DNA of 64,000 nucleotides from Lama guanicoe. Lineage: Eukaryota. Location of the stretch: positions 1,761,408 through 1,825,407 of the forward strand of contig MU054831.1 of the NCBI GenBank assembly GCA_013239625.1. Direction: 5' to 3'. The notes beneath the pieces are model-generated. The model searched no databases and was not told the origin of the DNA. It worked only from the letters and a program-made list of their open reading frames with translations. Positions 38,001 through 52,719 of this stretch are shown in pieces; within the stretch, counting starts at the first letter, position 1; every line of letters starts with the position of its first letter. Position numbers and translations under genes: made by a program.

Positions 38001-40644
38001 CTCTCGTCCCCTGGCCAGTGGGTGGGTAGCCGTCCCCGGGGCTGCCCTTCAGCAGGGCAGGGTTTTATTTTAGTTCACTTTTTAAGGTAAAAATCTGGTT
38101 GCGTTTCCACTTGAAAATTTGTCATTAAATTCCAAAGCCAGAATCAGAGAAGCTGAGGTCTGGGAATCTGAATTTTGATTCTGAGCCCAGTGTTGGCTTG
38201 AAAGTAAATTCAGTATTAATCTTGGTTAGATGAATATGATCTGTTATTTTTGTTTTTTTTCCCTTAGAAAAACTAGGTAGTAGACATACATCCTATTTTA
38301 AACTGCTCGTGATAGTTTTTCAGTCTGCAAAACAGTCCTCCCTCCACGGAACAGTCCTGACCCTCGCGCGCTAGTGAGGTGCTCGTTGCAAAGAGCTCTG
38401 AGGACTTTGCCCAAGACTGACATCAGCACAGCTCGAGGTCTCATTTTCTGTGGCCTGAGCCCTGCATGGTGTGGTGTGCTCTCACTCCCCTGGGGCCGAC
38501 CGAGGACGGGTCACCTGGGACCGGCAGGCGTCCCTTACCTTGCAGCCCTTCCTCATTTTCCAGAGCGTGGAGTGTGGAGTCACTCCGTCAAAGGTCAAGA
38601 GTCAGGCCTGGAGGGTATTGAGACCTTGTGAGGGAGCGTGTGTCCTCACTGCCTTCTGTTCTGTGGACTGTAGCACGCAGGTTGTCATCTGCAAGTCCAG
38701 TAGCATGTCGCGTCTGTGTAACCTAAGAAGATGTCGCCGTGACGCTGTGGGGCACTTGGGGCATCAGAGTCATCCTTGCTAATTGCTACTTTCACGAAAA
38801 CTCCAGGACAGTATTGTTTTCCTGGGAGTTTTGTCGTCCTGTGAACGTTAATCACCAGTATCTGGGTGGTTGTTTCCAGTCTCTTTGTAATGATAATTGA
38901 AAAATCGCACTTTCCTTCTGGGTCCTGGCTGAAAAGTAAATACTGTGAGGCCCTCTTAAGTGAATTTCTGCCTGCACCTCATTTACACATGAAATGGCGA
39001 GGGAGCGGTTAAAAGGGAACTGGGGCTCGAGGTAGGCGACTGGGGTGTAGGTGACACCCAGAGGCCTGGCCCTTCACAGCAGGATCTGTTGTTCATGACA
39101 CATGGGGGCTCCTGACCTGAGTGACACCAGGAAGCCCTGAGTTGTCTCCAAGGACTGGCAGTGCAGGGGATCCCAGAGCCGCTGGCGGTGGCCCGGTGAC
39201 ACCCGGTGAAGGCTTTTACCATGGATGCAGCCGCGGGGCACTTGGGCAGCAGTCTCTGAATTCATTCTGATCGACAAACGTTTCTTCTGCCCGAGTGCCT
39301 TCGTAGGTATGGGGCCCTGATCCGCGGGGGAGTGAGTCGAGCCTTCCACGGTGCGGCTCTTGGAACGAGATAAATGACAAGGGACACGTTTTATCCCCAC
39401 TTCTCTCACTCTCTTGTCCCCAGGGTGCAATTTGGTTTTCCTCTTTAAAGATAAGAAAACTCACTGTTTTGAAATTATTGGCAAAGTCCTTGAGCTGGTC
39501 TTCCAGACACGACAGTGATGCCAGTTTGAAGGGGCCGAGGCCCTGCTCAGGTCACACCAAATGGTATTGTCTGCTGGCCACAGTCCCTGCAGAATTCAGA
39601 AACCAGTTTGGAGATTTACTCTTGGGGTTCAGCTACCCAGAAAGCCCCGTGGAACGTCCTTCCTATCCCCCAGTTCCTGTAAACCAGCTGTTTGGAAGGT
39701 AGTAATTTTTCCATAGAAAGCTCTTAGAAGTGACACCCGGGACCCCTCAGGTGGGTGCTGAGCGGGGTGCCCACTGCTGGCGGCCCCTCTCCCACACACT
39801 GCTGCACGATATGGTCTGTGGGCACCTGGCCCTCAGTCCTGGGCACCTGGGTCCCCCAGCGTCTCCCACGGTGGGGGTGGGTGCTGCTGGGTGGGGTCTG
39901 GACACACACCTTTGTGCCGCCCCCTGTCCCGGGCACTGGTGGACGCACGCCTCTCCCCCCACCCCCCACGCTGTTTTGGGGCTGAGCTACGATGCCTCGC
40001 TGGCCGTTCTGCCCCCATGGTCCTGGCTGGAGAAGGGAACCCTTGGCGAAAGGCAGGAGGTGGCGGCGTTTGTGGACGGGGCTGCAGTCCTGCTGTGTGT
40101 GCCAGCACAGGTGTGGCCTCAGGTGTGACCCACCCCCCAGGCTCCGTCCTGTGGGGCTGTGCTGGCTCCCGCTGCAGCAGGGCCCGGAGGCTGGGCGGCC
40201 GGGCGGCCGGCTGTGCTGACTGTGGAGGCCGCCCAGGTGGGCTGGCGGGGCCGCGAGGGGGTCCCTGGGAGGCGACAGGGCAGGTCCGGCTGGGCACGCT
40301 GCCCGCGGGTTGGGTGTGTGGACCTGCACCCCAGCCCCGCTCGCACCAGCCTTTGTCAGATGCTCGTTCATTGTCATGGACGGCTTCTTCTCGGGTCTGG
40401 CTGGACAGCGTTTTCACCAGGCAGCGCAGCCACGCCGGCGCTGTGGCCTTTGTTTAGAGAATGAAAGGGGAGACTTTGCACCTTCCACGTTTCCTCAGTT
40501 GGTGGTCTTTTTCTTTAATGTTTTCAGTGTCACGTGATCGAAACCTAACCCAAGTCGCAGATGAGAGGTGGCGTTGCGTCTTTAACAGGAAGGAGCTCTA
40601 AGCTGCAAAATCCTGTCTCCTTCTTGAGGGGGGTGTTTCTTTCT

Positions 40645-40935
40645 TATTTTGAATTTTATGTGTGACGTCTAGGCAGTGTGCAATGTCGGGTCACTTTCTG
40701 GGGCACAGCACAAACTCTCAGTCGTACGTGTCCACACGCACGTTCTTGTTCAGAGTCTTTCTCGTTGTAAGTTACTGCAGGACATTGAGCATGGTTCCCT
40801 GGGCCGCGCTGTAGGACTTTGCTGTTCATCTGTTTTACATGCTGTAGTTACACCTGCAGGCCTCTGGCTCCCGGTTTATCCCTTCCCTCTTCCCCTGGCG
40901 CCTGTAAGTTTGTTTTCTGTGTCTGTGAGCTGTAC
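40645..40935 (-). mobile_element. Diverged L1 3'-end fragment related to the 6.2-6.9 kb L1
   Basis: caggacattgagcatggttccctgggccgcgctgtaggac…tttatcccttccc…aagtttgttttctgtgtctgtgag aligns to about 6340-6500. Confidence 0.75.
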
Positions 40936-42021
40936 CATGTGACGTCAGTCGTACGTAGAGTCTGAAAAAAAAGAAAAAGACACGAATGGCGTTATTCACA
41001 CACTGAAATCCTGTTCCCTTACTTTCCGTGCTGCTCTAGCTGTTGGCAGAACCTGGGCAACTTCCAGACTGTGGAGATGGCGGAAGGCGGTCAGGGGAGG
41101 GGGGCCAGGCAGCCAGGGGTGGCCTGTGGGAGGGGCTGCTCTCTCCTCTCCCTGCGGTCCCTTGGCTGGGGAGAGGCTCTGCCCGGGCCTCGCCTGCAGC
41201 CCTGACCCTCCCCGGCAGTGAGGTGGCTCCAGGCAGTGACCTCGGAGCTGGAGGCGGGCACAGCAGGAGCCTGATGCCGGCCCGGCTCTGCTTCCAGGGA
41301 CGAGAGTTTGGAGATGTTCCTGGATACACACTGCCCGCTCCCAGGCTGCCAGCACACGCGTGCATACGCATGCATGCACACACGCTCACATAGATGGCTC
41401 GTGTGTCTCCGTGTAGACTGTTTTCTTGGGTGCAGGGGACCGCTCAGGGGAAAGCTGGGCAGCCTCCGCCTCCTGCCCCTTGGGGCACCCTGGGCAGCGG
41501 TGTGCCCTGTGCCCCTCATCCTTCACCCCTGAGCACCTTCATCTTCTCTCAGGGCACAACGCTGTCCTCATAGAACAGCTGGAGAAGAGGAGGGGAGGCC
41601 GTGAGAGGCACCTGCAGCGTCCTGGGTGGGGAGCCCTTCAGGCCGAGGCCCTGACCCACCGGCCACTCGGCGCCTGGGTCTCCCCTTCAGAGTGTCGCGC
41701 TTTACGCTTCGTGCTCCAGGACTTCGTGTCAGCGGGCTCCTCGGGATCTGACCTGTCTGCCCCCCCCCGTCAGCACGGGGCTTTTTTGCTTGTTTTGTGC
41801 CTGTCATGTGTTTCCGGGCACCTGCGGTTTCTTCTTTTTCTTGGCGAGGTGGGTCTCTAGCGTCCAGACACGCACTTCTGCTGCGGTGCTGACGTCCGGG
41901 GGCGTCTGAGGTGCGTCAGGCGGGGCTGTCGCGAGCACAGTGCCCGGCACAGGCCCACGCAGGGCTTTGCACGGGTCAGTCCTGGGAGTGGGGTTGGTGG
42001 GTCCTGGTGGGCGAGGGCTAA

Positions 42022-42657
<636 letters not shown>

Positions 42658-43564
42658 TGAAAGACTATTCAGCAGCTCCTAGTGGACTTAAAAGATGCTA
42701 AAAACCATGAGGCGTCCCAGATGCATCTGATCTCCAGCTGTGAGTTCAGATCCTAACTTTAACCCTGACGTTTTCAAAGTCCTGTTTTGAGAGCGTCTGC
42801 CCGGTGTTATTAGCTTGTAGGACCACTGAATGGAGACGCGATGACCCACATTTGGGTTATACACATGCCCTTTGACCCCAGGTTTTGCTTTCCACAGTGG
42901 CTGCGCTCGTGTGAAGACCAGCGTGGTCTGTTACCTGCCAGGAGACCCCTGGCCTGACCCAAGCCGGAGGCTCTTCTGCATACTGTTCCCCCTTTAAAAG
43001 CTGCACAGAGTGCCCCGTGTCTGTCGGGGCAGAGGCCGCAGCCCCCTGTGCTTCCCGCGCAGCTGCAGGACAAAGAGCAGGGCTCGCACAGCTCCGGGGG
43101 AGGGCAGGTTCAGCGCCACCCATCTCCCGGAGGCTGCGGCGTCCCTCCCGCGTCCCTGGGCCTCTTTGTTTTGACAGTTTGTTCCTCCCAGTGATACACC
43201 CGGGACCTGATGGGGTGAGCTCACGCCCACACCCCCAGGCTCTCCAGTTTCCGCCAAAGCCCTCAGCTCAGTGAACTCACTTGTTCCCCATTAATGCTGA
43301 GAATAAGCCAGGACGTGATGGACTGACTGTTGAGCAATTTTCTCTTCTAATGCTCAGGTGTAAAAATAGACGTTTCTGCACATTTTACCAACACGTATTA
43401 ACCCCAAAAGCCTCAAACCCTTTGTCCTCGACCACTGAGAACGGTGCCACCTGTACGAGTCACTTTAACACGCCCCTTTAAATTTTCACCTTTATGTGCA
43501 TGAGATACAGCTTAAGACGCACTGAAGATTTTTGTAGGTCTGTTATTTGAAATGGCTTACGAAT

Positions 43565-44290
43565 CTTTTTTATTGGGGTGTGCCCCACGTGCAGAAAGCA
43601 CACGGTCTCCAGTGTGCACATCCCTGTGTAGCCGCCACCCAGCAGAGCGCCCAGGCCAGGGCAGGAGCCGCCTCGGGGCCCCCATGCCCGGAGGCCACGC
43701 CGCCTGACCACTGACACCCGACACCGAGGGTAACTTTGCTTTTCACCTTGACGTGAGCCGCCTCATCCTCACGTGGGTTTTCGCACTTCGGTTCCTCCAC
43801 CCGGCGTCGTGCTGTGAAGCCTGTGCTCCCGGTGTGCAGCTCGTCCACTGTCCTGCTGCGTGTGGCCCCCGAGGGGGTTCGTCCCCTCTGGTCGGTGGGT
43901 GTGGGGTGGCTTCTGGTCGGAGCTCCTGCAGGTGATGCTGCAGCCCCGGGCGCGGCTCCTGGAGCAGGCGGGCGGGCGTGAGGAGGCGCGGCCGGAGCGT
44001 GGGGCGCCCTGGCGGGCAGTTCCCAGGGCGGTTGTGCCGCTCCTGAGGGTCCGCGCTGCCGGCGTTGCCCCGGCACTCACTGCCGGCGGCACTTTCGTCT
44101 CTGCTCTGGGGCTGCAGCACGTCCCCGAGCGCAGGGCACCTTGGCCGGGTTCCCCCTGCCGCTGCCCCGCGGCTGCCCTTCCTGGGAGGCTTCCTGCCCG
44201 CTCTTCTGCTGAGACGTCTCCCTTCTTCTTGGTTTGGAGTCGTTCTCTTTGTGCTTAGGAGTCGAGCCCCTTGTGGGTGTGGTGTGTCTC
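43565..44290 (-). mobile_element. GC-shifted old L1 (L1MC/ME-like) 3' region
   Basis: ttttattggggtgtgcc…agaaagcacac…ccctgtgtagccgccaccca…cagttcccagggcggttgtgcc parallels the L1 3' consensus. Confidence 0.5.
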
Positions 44291-47200
44291 CGGGGTCTTC
44301 CTCCCCTCTACCCTCTACCCTCTGCCCTCTGCCCGGTCCCTCTCCTAAGAGTGCCTTGGGAACAGCAGAGACTCAGTCCTAATGCCGCCCTATTTGTCAG
44401 TCTTTCTGCTCAGTCAGGGTAGAATGTAATTGATCTGTATTATGTGTCTATTATTTTGTTCATTTTATAAATGCTTCCTTTGAAAGAGGATATTATTTTT
44501 CCTAAAAGTACGTAGCTAATTTATCCTCATTTTCAGTTTATCTATTTATTTGTACATCCTTAGTAATTGTTTCTAAACGTAAAATTTCATAGCTTTATTA
44601 GTTACCGCAGCATTTTGCTCTTAAAATAATCAATATACTTTAAACATAGTTTTACTTGGACTAAGAGTTTCAACATAGAAAGCACGTCAGGAGAGGTTCT
44701 GTTCCACAGGAGACCTAACTTTGTACCAATAGTTGAAAGTTGTCACTAAATCTGAACCGTGTACGTGGTCACATCACGACAGTTAGACGAAAGACGGCTC
44801 GCAGGCTCGCTGATCACCCACCGTCGAGATTCCAGGATGAGGACGGAGGCCGTCAGGGGAAGCAGAACGGCAGGTCTGGGCTGCCCACTGCAGAGCCCTC
44901 CCCGGGCGCCGGGGAGGACCGGATGCCGCTGCCCGCGGGGTGGGCTGACTGCTAAAATGGAAGGCGGCACCGGCTGCCCCGTGGGCCCTTGAGTGCCGAT
45001 GGGGTGGGCTGGTGGGGTAGACGGTGCCCGTCGCACTCACCACTCTCACCGCCCAGCCGGCCAGCTACGGTCACACCCCTCCGCACCCCGCCAGGCTGGT
45101 CCTCTCCACCACGTGTTCTGCTCCGAGGGTGTGGCCGGGGAGCGGATACGTCCAGGCCTGCAGCAGGTGGTGTCAGGAGCCCCCAGCCGTCCTGACGCCC
45201 TGATCTGGCGTGGAGGGTGGGCGCCCTCGTTTTCATTTCTAAAACTCCAGGGACGACACTGAGTGCAGGAGAACCGGGTCTAGGTGGGCGCCCTTGCCCC
45301 GGGTCAGGAGGCTGAGCGTCCCAGCAGCTCCGTGGCCTCCCTCCTGTGTCCCCCACGTGGGTGCCACCTTCCGTTTTATCAGTCACCCACGGCAGCAGCA
45401 TCCGGTCTCCACAGGCGCCCTGGGAGGGGCTCTGCTGCGGGCAGGACGGCAGGGGAGTGGGGAGCAGAGCCCAGGTGCGCCTGCTGCGCTGCACCCGCCT
45501 GGCCTGCGACGCGGGCCCTGCCCCCGTCCGCCCTCTCTCCCTGGCCTGGACCTCTGTGTGTCCTACTCTTGTTTCTCTTTGGAGCGGGGAAATGGTTGTT
45601 CATCAGAGGGTGGAGGTCTAGCTGGTGGGGGCCGGCGGGCTGATGGGCGCCCCACTCACCAGCTGCTCGGTACAGCAGGTCTAAAGGAGTTCCTCCAAGT
45701 TTCCCAGAAACTTCCAGTGAAAACGTCTCCAGCCTCACGAGGTTTGGAACGACTTGGCTTCAGCAAGCGCAGCAGGCCTGTTTAAGGTCGGAAGCACTTC
45801 TGGCCCCGCCTGCCGAGCAGCCCCTTAGCTGAGACATCAGAATGTCCCTGCCTCCCTCCCGGCTGGTCGCAGCGCTGCCCCGGTGGCCGCAGTCCGTGCG
45901 TTTGGGCGGCCTGGCTTCGGTGTTAACAACAAGCTGTGCTCGGTCGGGCGTTCGGCCTCAGGGCGCGCGGTCTTGCGAACAGGCGCTGGGCGGTGGGCGC
46001 GCCTTGTCCGGGGCTCTGCGTGCGCGGGGCTGGCCGGGGTCCTCCCGCAGGAGGTGCAGCGTAGGGGGCGTTGCGGGCGACACACATGGCATTGAGCATC
46101 TCCAGCTTTTAAGCATCTAAAGGTGCAGGGCAAGGCTTCTGTTTTTCAGTTCCTTGGTTTTTTTCTTTTAACGAATTTCTTCTCGAATATTTAATTAAAG
46201 TTTCGTTACACTTATCAACGTTTCCTGTGCCTTTTAAATAATTTTAGTATTTTAAATAATTTAAGCATTGTGAATAGTTTTGTCCGTTACTTGTGATGCC
46301 GGTTACTGCTGTTGGTTTGATGGAAGAGCGACTCTTGGACGTCGTGCTCTCACCTTGTTCAGCAAGAACGACCAGTTACGTTCGATTTCGACGAGCTGTG
46401 TTTCAGAGCCCAAGCTGTGCTGTCGCAAAGTTTACATCAAAGGGAAAATCTGACGAAAGGCAAGTCCGCCCTCTGAGCGGTTTGGAACTAACACAACTAT
46501 GTATATTTTTTCCCGTTTATATTCATTCACAAGCGCGACGTGGTTGGGAATCAGGGCCCATCTCGTAAGGGAAGTCGTGCACTTTGTTTAAAACGATGGC
46601 TCAAAGGGCCGGAGTTCAAGGATGGAGCGCCTGCTGTGAGAGCGATCCCCTGCCCTGCTGGCGGCGTCCCGTGTGCAGAGGCGACAGCCTGGCAGAAGCA
46701 GGGCTGCGACTGGGACGCAGGGTGTGTCCTCGTCCCTCCCGTGACCTGAAGGCGCTTTGTGTCCTTGACTCACCCCGGACCCCACCGGCTGGCTTCGTGC
46801 AGGTACCTCGTACTTCCTCTGTCAACTCTGTCAAACGAGTGACTGATAATCAACGTGAATTAATTTTTTAAAGTGGAAATTAGAAACATTTGGTGTCCAT
46901 TTCCTGAAGGTGTTTTATTGACTCTGGAGCTTCCATTTCACGAGGGGAGATCTGGTGGGAGATGAGAATACAGCTAGCACCCGAGGACCAGGATCAGCCT
47001 CTTCCCTTTTGAAGTCCCTCCCATTGAGGTCATCTTGTGCGTCCGGAAGTCTGGGTTCGGGGAGCTGGGTTTGTTTCCCTCTGACTCAGGGAGAGCCCAG
47101 TGAGGTGCCCCTCTCACCCTGGACAGCTTAGGCAGGTGCCCCAGAGGGACCTCAGCCCTGCCAGGGACCGGCCAGCATCCCCTCCCGGCCGGCAGCTGCC

Positions 47201-47839
47201 CCCTCCGCGTCTTGCTGCCTCGCCCGCCACTGGGCTCCGCCACGCGCCCCACCTGCTGGGCTTGGGAGTGTGTCCTTGTCCCTCAGGGGGCAGGAGTCCG
47301 AGGTGCGAGCCCTGCACGTGGCCAAAGCAGGGGGATCGGAGTGCTTCTCTGCGTGGCCCCGGGGGCCACTCTGCAGAGGGAAGTGGACACCCGGGAACAG
47401 GTACTTCCTGAGAGCGTCGGTGCTGTCTCCTGGGAGGCCCGGGGGAACGTCAAGTCCTGCTCGAGAACTCTGCCTCCTGTCCTGCTTTGCATCCCTGACT
47501 CCTTCCGTCCTTTTGGAAGGACCTGAGGGTCAGCTCCTCTGACAGGCTGTCCAGGTCATGGTCCTCCTCATGCACCTCGTCCGGTCCCTGCCCTGCCAGC
47601 ATCCCTGGAGGGAAACACCAGAGTCCCTCATTTTGCCCCCAGTTCTCCCTGCAGTGGGGTTGGACTCACCTGCATGCTCACCGCACGCTGTGTCCCCTCT
47701 GTGTCCCTGGCTCCCTGCCTCCCACCCCAAGTTCCTGGTTGTCGGGCACTTTGTGTCCAGACACGGCAACCCTATGCGTGGTTTTTGGTTGTCCCTGGGG
47801 CTGGGTGCCCTTCAAGCATGCCAAGTGGCTGCAGGTCAC

Positions 47840-47899
47840 ACACGTTGCACACAGATTTCAGTGTCTCTGACACGTTGCACACAGATTTCAGTGTCTCTG
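47840..47899. repeat. Perfect 30-bp tandem duplication
   Basis: acacgttgcacacagatttcagtgtctctg x2. Confidence 0.97.
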
Positions 47900-48559
47900 T
47901 GAGGGTGTAATTTTCAGGCGGGAAAGGCAGTTAGGCCGGAGGTTTTCAGGAGTGTCCGTGTCTGGCCTGGATGCCCTCAGAGGGGGCCAAGAGGCTTGCT
48001 CAGAAGTGGAGGTGCAACCTTCGGTCGTGTCCCACCCACAGTCTGGTCACTCCTCCCGTGGGCCCTTTGCGCTGGGTGTCGTGGGTTCTGTAAGCCCAGG
48101 TCTGGGCAGCTCTGCCCTGTGGCTGGCGCACCCCGCACACTCAACATCTCGTAACTCCCGGAGCTCAGGCAGCATCTCTGCTCGAGTGACCATGGGCGGC
48201 TTCCTCAGGTGCTGAGAAGCCTTGAGACAGATGCCCGTGTGTCCCAGGGACCCTTCCTGATGCGCTGTCCCCATGCTCCCCTGGTTGCCCCTGTTCAGGT
48301 CCCCCTGCAGCTGTCAGGGGCCTGTGCCCAGGGGTTCGTTCCGCAGGACCCTAGTCTGTGACGCACAGAAGTCATCGTGAAACAGCCACCGGGGAGGCTG
48401 CCTTCCACTCAGGCCTGTTTCCAGCCAGACAAATTCAATCTGTGAATGATGACAGGTGTATTTGGAGTGTGATAAAGGTGGCAGGAAAGACATTTCACTA
48501 ATGGTGTTAACAATTTATGAGCAATTCATCAGAGTGTGGAGTCTCTTACACCAAAGTCC

Positions 48560-49920
48560 ACTTCATGCACATCAGAATGAAATGTGAAAAAACAGACAGC
48601 GGAATGAATGACAGTCCAACGGCAGAAAAACAAGGGTAAAATGAAACTGAGTATTTCCCGAACTAGTGGAAAGATACATTTCAAAGCTTTCAGGAAATGG
48701 GGGGAAGTCAACGGCAGGACGAGAACAGACGCCACAGAAACCAGCGTGTGAACATCTGAACTAGGAATCAGCCCAGTCTCCTCCTTCCCGTGTCGAGGGA
48801 CACCCAAGTCCACTCCCCCTCCCCCCCACCCCGGAGGATGGGCTGGAGCGGGGAGCTCCCGGCTTCTCCGGCTCAGTCCTCCTGGTGGCCAGCCCCGCGG
48901 GAGCCATCCCGGACCCCGCCCGTGTTCTCACCATCTGGGAAATTGCACAGGCTTTAGGAGCTCTGTGCCTGAAGGGACAAACATCTTCTACTATCTCAGC
49001 ACTCGAGTATAATCCACGTTTCAAAAGGAAACAGAGCAGGGCAAACCTTGCACAAGCAGAGTGTCGAGCCGGGAGCCAGGAGGCTTAAATGTGCCAGGCT
49101 CGCAAGTGGCGGCTCACAGTAAACGTATTACTGTAAAAAAGCCACACACACCAAAGGGCACACCTGCAGAAGCCTGCGCACGGACCCACGGCACCAGCAC
49201 CACACCACGCGCAGCGCAGGGAGGTCTGAAAGCAAAGCGGCCGAAGACATAAAGGCACATCGCTGGAGAGAAGGGCCAGCGCCCGCCCTGGTGGCCACCC
49301 AGGACCCGACAGTGAGGTACCAGGCAGTCTTCTCATTTGCAGCAAGTGGTGCTCCCGCGTGCGCGTGAGGACGCGGTGGGGGGGGCGCTCCCGGGCGCGG
49401 GTGGAGACGCGGGGTCGGGGGCTTCCGAGCAGTGCTAGGCAGAGACAGAGGTACCGTGTGGAGGCGTTTTGGAGAACGGCTCAGAAGATGCACCCAGGGC
49501 TGTACGCTGTGTTCGTTAGACGTAGTCACTTCGCTGATCTCTCCTGAGGAAACGCTCCTAAACGCGGTCGGTGACAGCTCCTCAAAGATGCTGGTGCAGC
49601 ATGGTTCCCACAGAACCACAGGGGCAACGTCTGAAGAGCTCTCCAGTCAGGAAACGGTTTTGTGAAGTACACTTTGCTCACCTCATGAAGCTTTTGCCCA
49701 CCATTAAAAATGCTGTTTGCAGTCTGTGTGACGACAGGGAGGTTCTCACCTCGTTTCTGACGGAAGGATGGGTCCCAGGTGCTGTGTGGTCCGATGGCAG
49801 CTCTACGGAAAGCAGATTTGGTGCCAGCAGACCTTGGATTTGGGTGGTGGGTTCAGGGTCTCTGTGTGTCTGTTTCTCAAGTTTGCCAGTTTTCTTTAAT
49901 GAGTTGAGTCACCGCCACTC
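48560..49920 (+). mobile_element. Decayed sense-strand L1 fragments
   Basis: A-rich tracts (tttcccgaactagtggaaagatac) and an L1ME-like 3' end near 49840-49920. Weak. Confidence 0.35.
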
Positions 49921-50166
49921 CCACAAGAAAACCACGAAACACGAGCTGTCAGCTTCAGTCCAGCCTGGTGACGTGTGCTTCGCCTGAGTAGGTAGCTGTA
50001 GGCTGGAAGGAACAGGGACATCCCTGAAAGGGTTCCCGGGGGCCTGGCTGCCTCCTTTGCGGGAGCCTTGTCCTGCCTGCCCCGGGGACGCTCCGTCCCT
50101 TTCTCGCTGCTCGGGGCTGCGATGCTTCGCTTTGCACAGAAGCTCTGCTCTGTCTCTTTGCTGCAG

Positions 50167-50289
50167 TGAGAAAGAAGCCTAATTCAGACCTTCTTTTATG
50201 TGTGCATATTACAGCTCCCTGTGGCGGGGTTTGTGTTCAGTACAGTAGGTTTTTCTGCTGCTTCCACCTGCATTTTAAATGGGAGGCAG
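50167..50289 (+). other. Candidate 123-bp cassette or alternative exon
   Basis: Acceptor ctctgctctgtctctttgctgcag| and donor CAG|gtatgt. Length is a multiple of 3 with no stop in the HDAC4 frame. Confidence 0.35.
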
Positions 50290-50302
50290 GTATGTAAAGC
50301 CG

Positions 50303-50622
<320 letters not shown>

Positions 50623-51829
50623 TAAGTGCAGGGGCGGGTCCCCTCCCACCGCCCGGCACGCGTGATGGGGTGGATTTGAGTGGCACTCAGCTCGTCGCCT
50701 GTAAGGCAGGTGGGAGGGCGTGGAGTGAGAAACCACGCCCCCCAGCCCTGGGCCCGGCAGCACCTGGTGGGACCCGAGTGGTCAGGAGGTGAATGCACGA
50801 GGCGTCGCCCAGATGTGGGTGCTCGTGGGCTGGTGCCTGACCATTTTCTCGGCTTCTCAGGCTGTATTTTGGCCACAAAAGCTGCCTCCTAAACCGAAGC
50901 TCTGGTCTGGATTGTCCGTGTGCACCTCCTGGGTTTCTGCCCAGTGTTGCGTTGGTTCTTAAGCAAGTCAAAGGTTCCTGCGCTATTTTCATTGTTTATA
51001 TACTGAGAACCCCTCCCGGAGCCTCGTCAGCCACAGAGACCACGGAAGTGCCTTGTTCATGCTCAGAACTGAAGAGAGTGGATGCGTGTTCCACGGGCCT
51101 TTACCTGATGGAGGATGCCGTGGGCGGAGGGGCCGTCCTCCAGGCTCGCGCAGCTCAGAGGCTGGCCATTGACACCGGCTGAGTTTGAAATGGAGTCACC
51201 AAGCCATGTGGCTTTAAACCTGGTCAGGTGCCTCACAGGGTTTTGCTTCGAATATAAGTTTCTGCTGCTTTCGAGAGTAATTTCATTCTGGAAGAAACAT
51301 CATAGGGTGGTTTTCATAAATCAAAGATAATTATCATTCATTTCACTGGGGGAAAAGTGTAGCCCTCTGGGGCCCCAAAGTGGACGGCGGTTTGTACAGA
51401 AATGCCGCCGAATCCCGTTGAAACGAGCCCTTATGCTCCAGCAGGCGACACTGGGGGTCCTGATACGACCTGAAAGGCACTTTATTCCAAGACTGTCTCC
51501 CCCCGAGTGTCTGCGGCCGCTGCACGTCGCACAGACACGTGAGCTGTGCTCACAGCAAGCAGGGTGCTGGTGTGTGCAGCTCCACCGCCCAGGCAGTGAA
51601 GGCCACCGTGGTCCCTGAACAGCCGTAAATGACAGCCGCGCACCCGAGAGCGACAGAGAGTTGGGGGGTTCATGGTTAGTTCTGCTGGCAGCGCACCCGG
51701 AGACCCCACGTTGAGGTCACACTGATCCGCGGCCTCTCCACCTGTGCCAGCCCCCTGGGATTTGCTGCACGGAAGCTCCATTGTTCCCCTTTGGGGGGTG
51801 CAGCCTGATGCCCCAAACGCAGTAGGTTA

Positions 51830-52560
51830 GGTAGCTGTTGAGATGTTGTCCGTGCTGTTGAGCTGAAGGTGGCAGGAAAGAAGCTGGGGTGGAGGAGGGG
51901 ACCCCGGAGTCAGCCTGTACGGCAGTGAGGGGAGGGGCTCCCAGGTCCTGGGTGGGAGGGGTTGGGACGCAGGAGGGAACACTCAGAAGATGTGATCAGC
52001 GGGCGAGGAAGCACCCAGGAGCCATTTCAGAAGAGGGAGCTGTCCTGAGAGGCGCCACCAGCGAGGGGGCTACAGCGGTAGCCGTACGAAGGCTGCGGGC
52101 CCAGAGAGGGTAGGGGGGAGCCGGGGTTGTGGTTGACCACACTGGAGCTCTTGGATGGGGGCCACAGTGACATGAGGGGAAGACTGGAGTGGCCAGTGCC
52201 AGAACCCCCCATGAGTAGGTCGTGGGGGGCCGGGCTGGCAGGAAGGGAGGCCATGATGATGGGCTTGTAGGTGGTGGGCAGGGTGGAGCCCGTCGGTGGG
52301 GAAAGTGCGTCCCCCTAGTCCTGGGGCTCCCAGGGAGTGGGTGGCCCTGGGCAGAGCTGCAGGCACCGCCCTGAGAGGTTGGAATTGAGAAGGGCTTTGG
52401 GGAGGAGTGTGAACAAGGTGCACCTGGGAGGCGAGGTGGGGGAGATGGGGGCCTGCAGGGCTTCCCAGGGTCAGGAGGGACTGACACGGCTGCTCCTGGG
52501 GAGTAGGGCGGCCTCGATCACATCCCCGGCCTTGATGAGGCTTGCTTGTCTGGGTTTAGC
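51830..52560 (-). mobile_element. Probable L2 remnant
   Basis: Purine-rich antisense-L2-like wording. Weak. Confidence 0.35.
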
Positions 52561-52719
52561 ATTTGGTGGGGAGAGCCCTCTTCCCCGAGGGGTTGGGGTG
52601 AGCAGGCTGGAATGGGGATGGCTTTTAGCAGCTTTCTTGTTTTGTCCCCCAAACCAGACCAAATCATGGAGTGAACCACACAGTCTCTTGCTGCGTGGTG
52701 GGAAAACTTTGCTGGAAAG

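Noticed and set aside
40940-40947. Full CRE TGACGTCA
   Set aside because: It sits at the edge of an L1 fragment with no supporting motif context.
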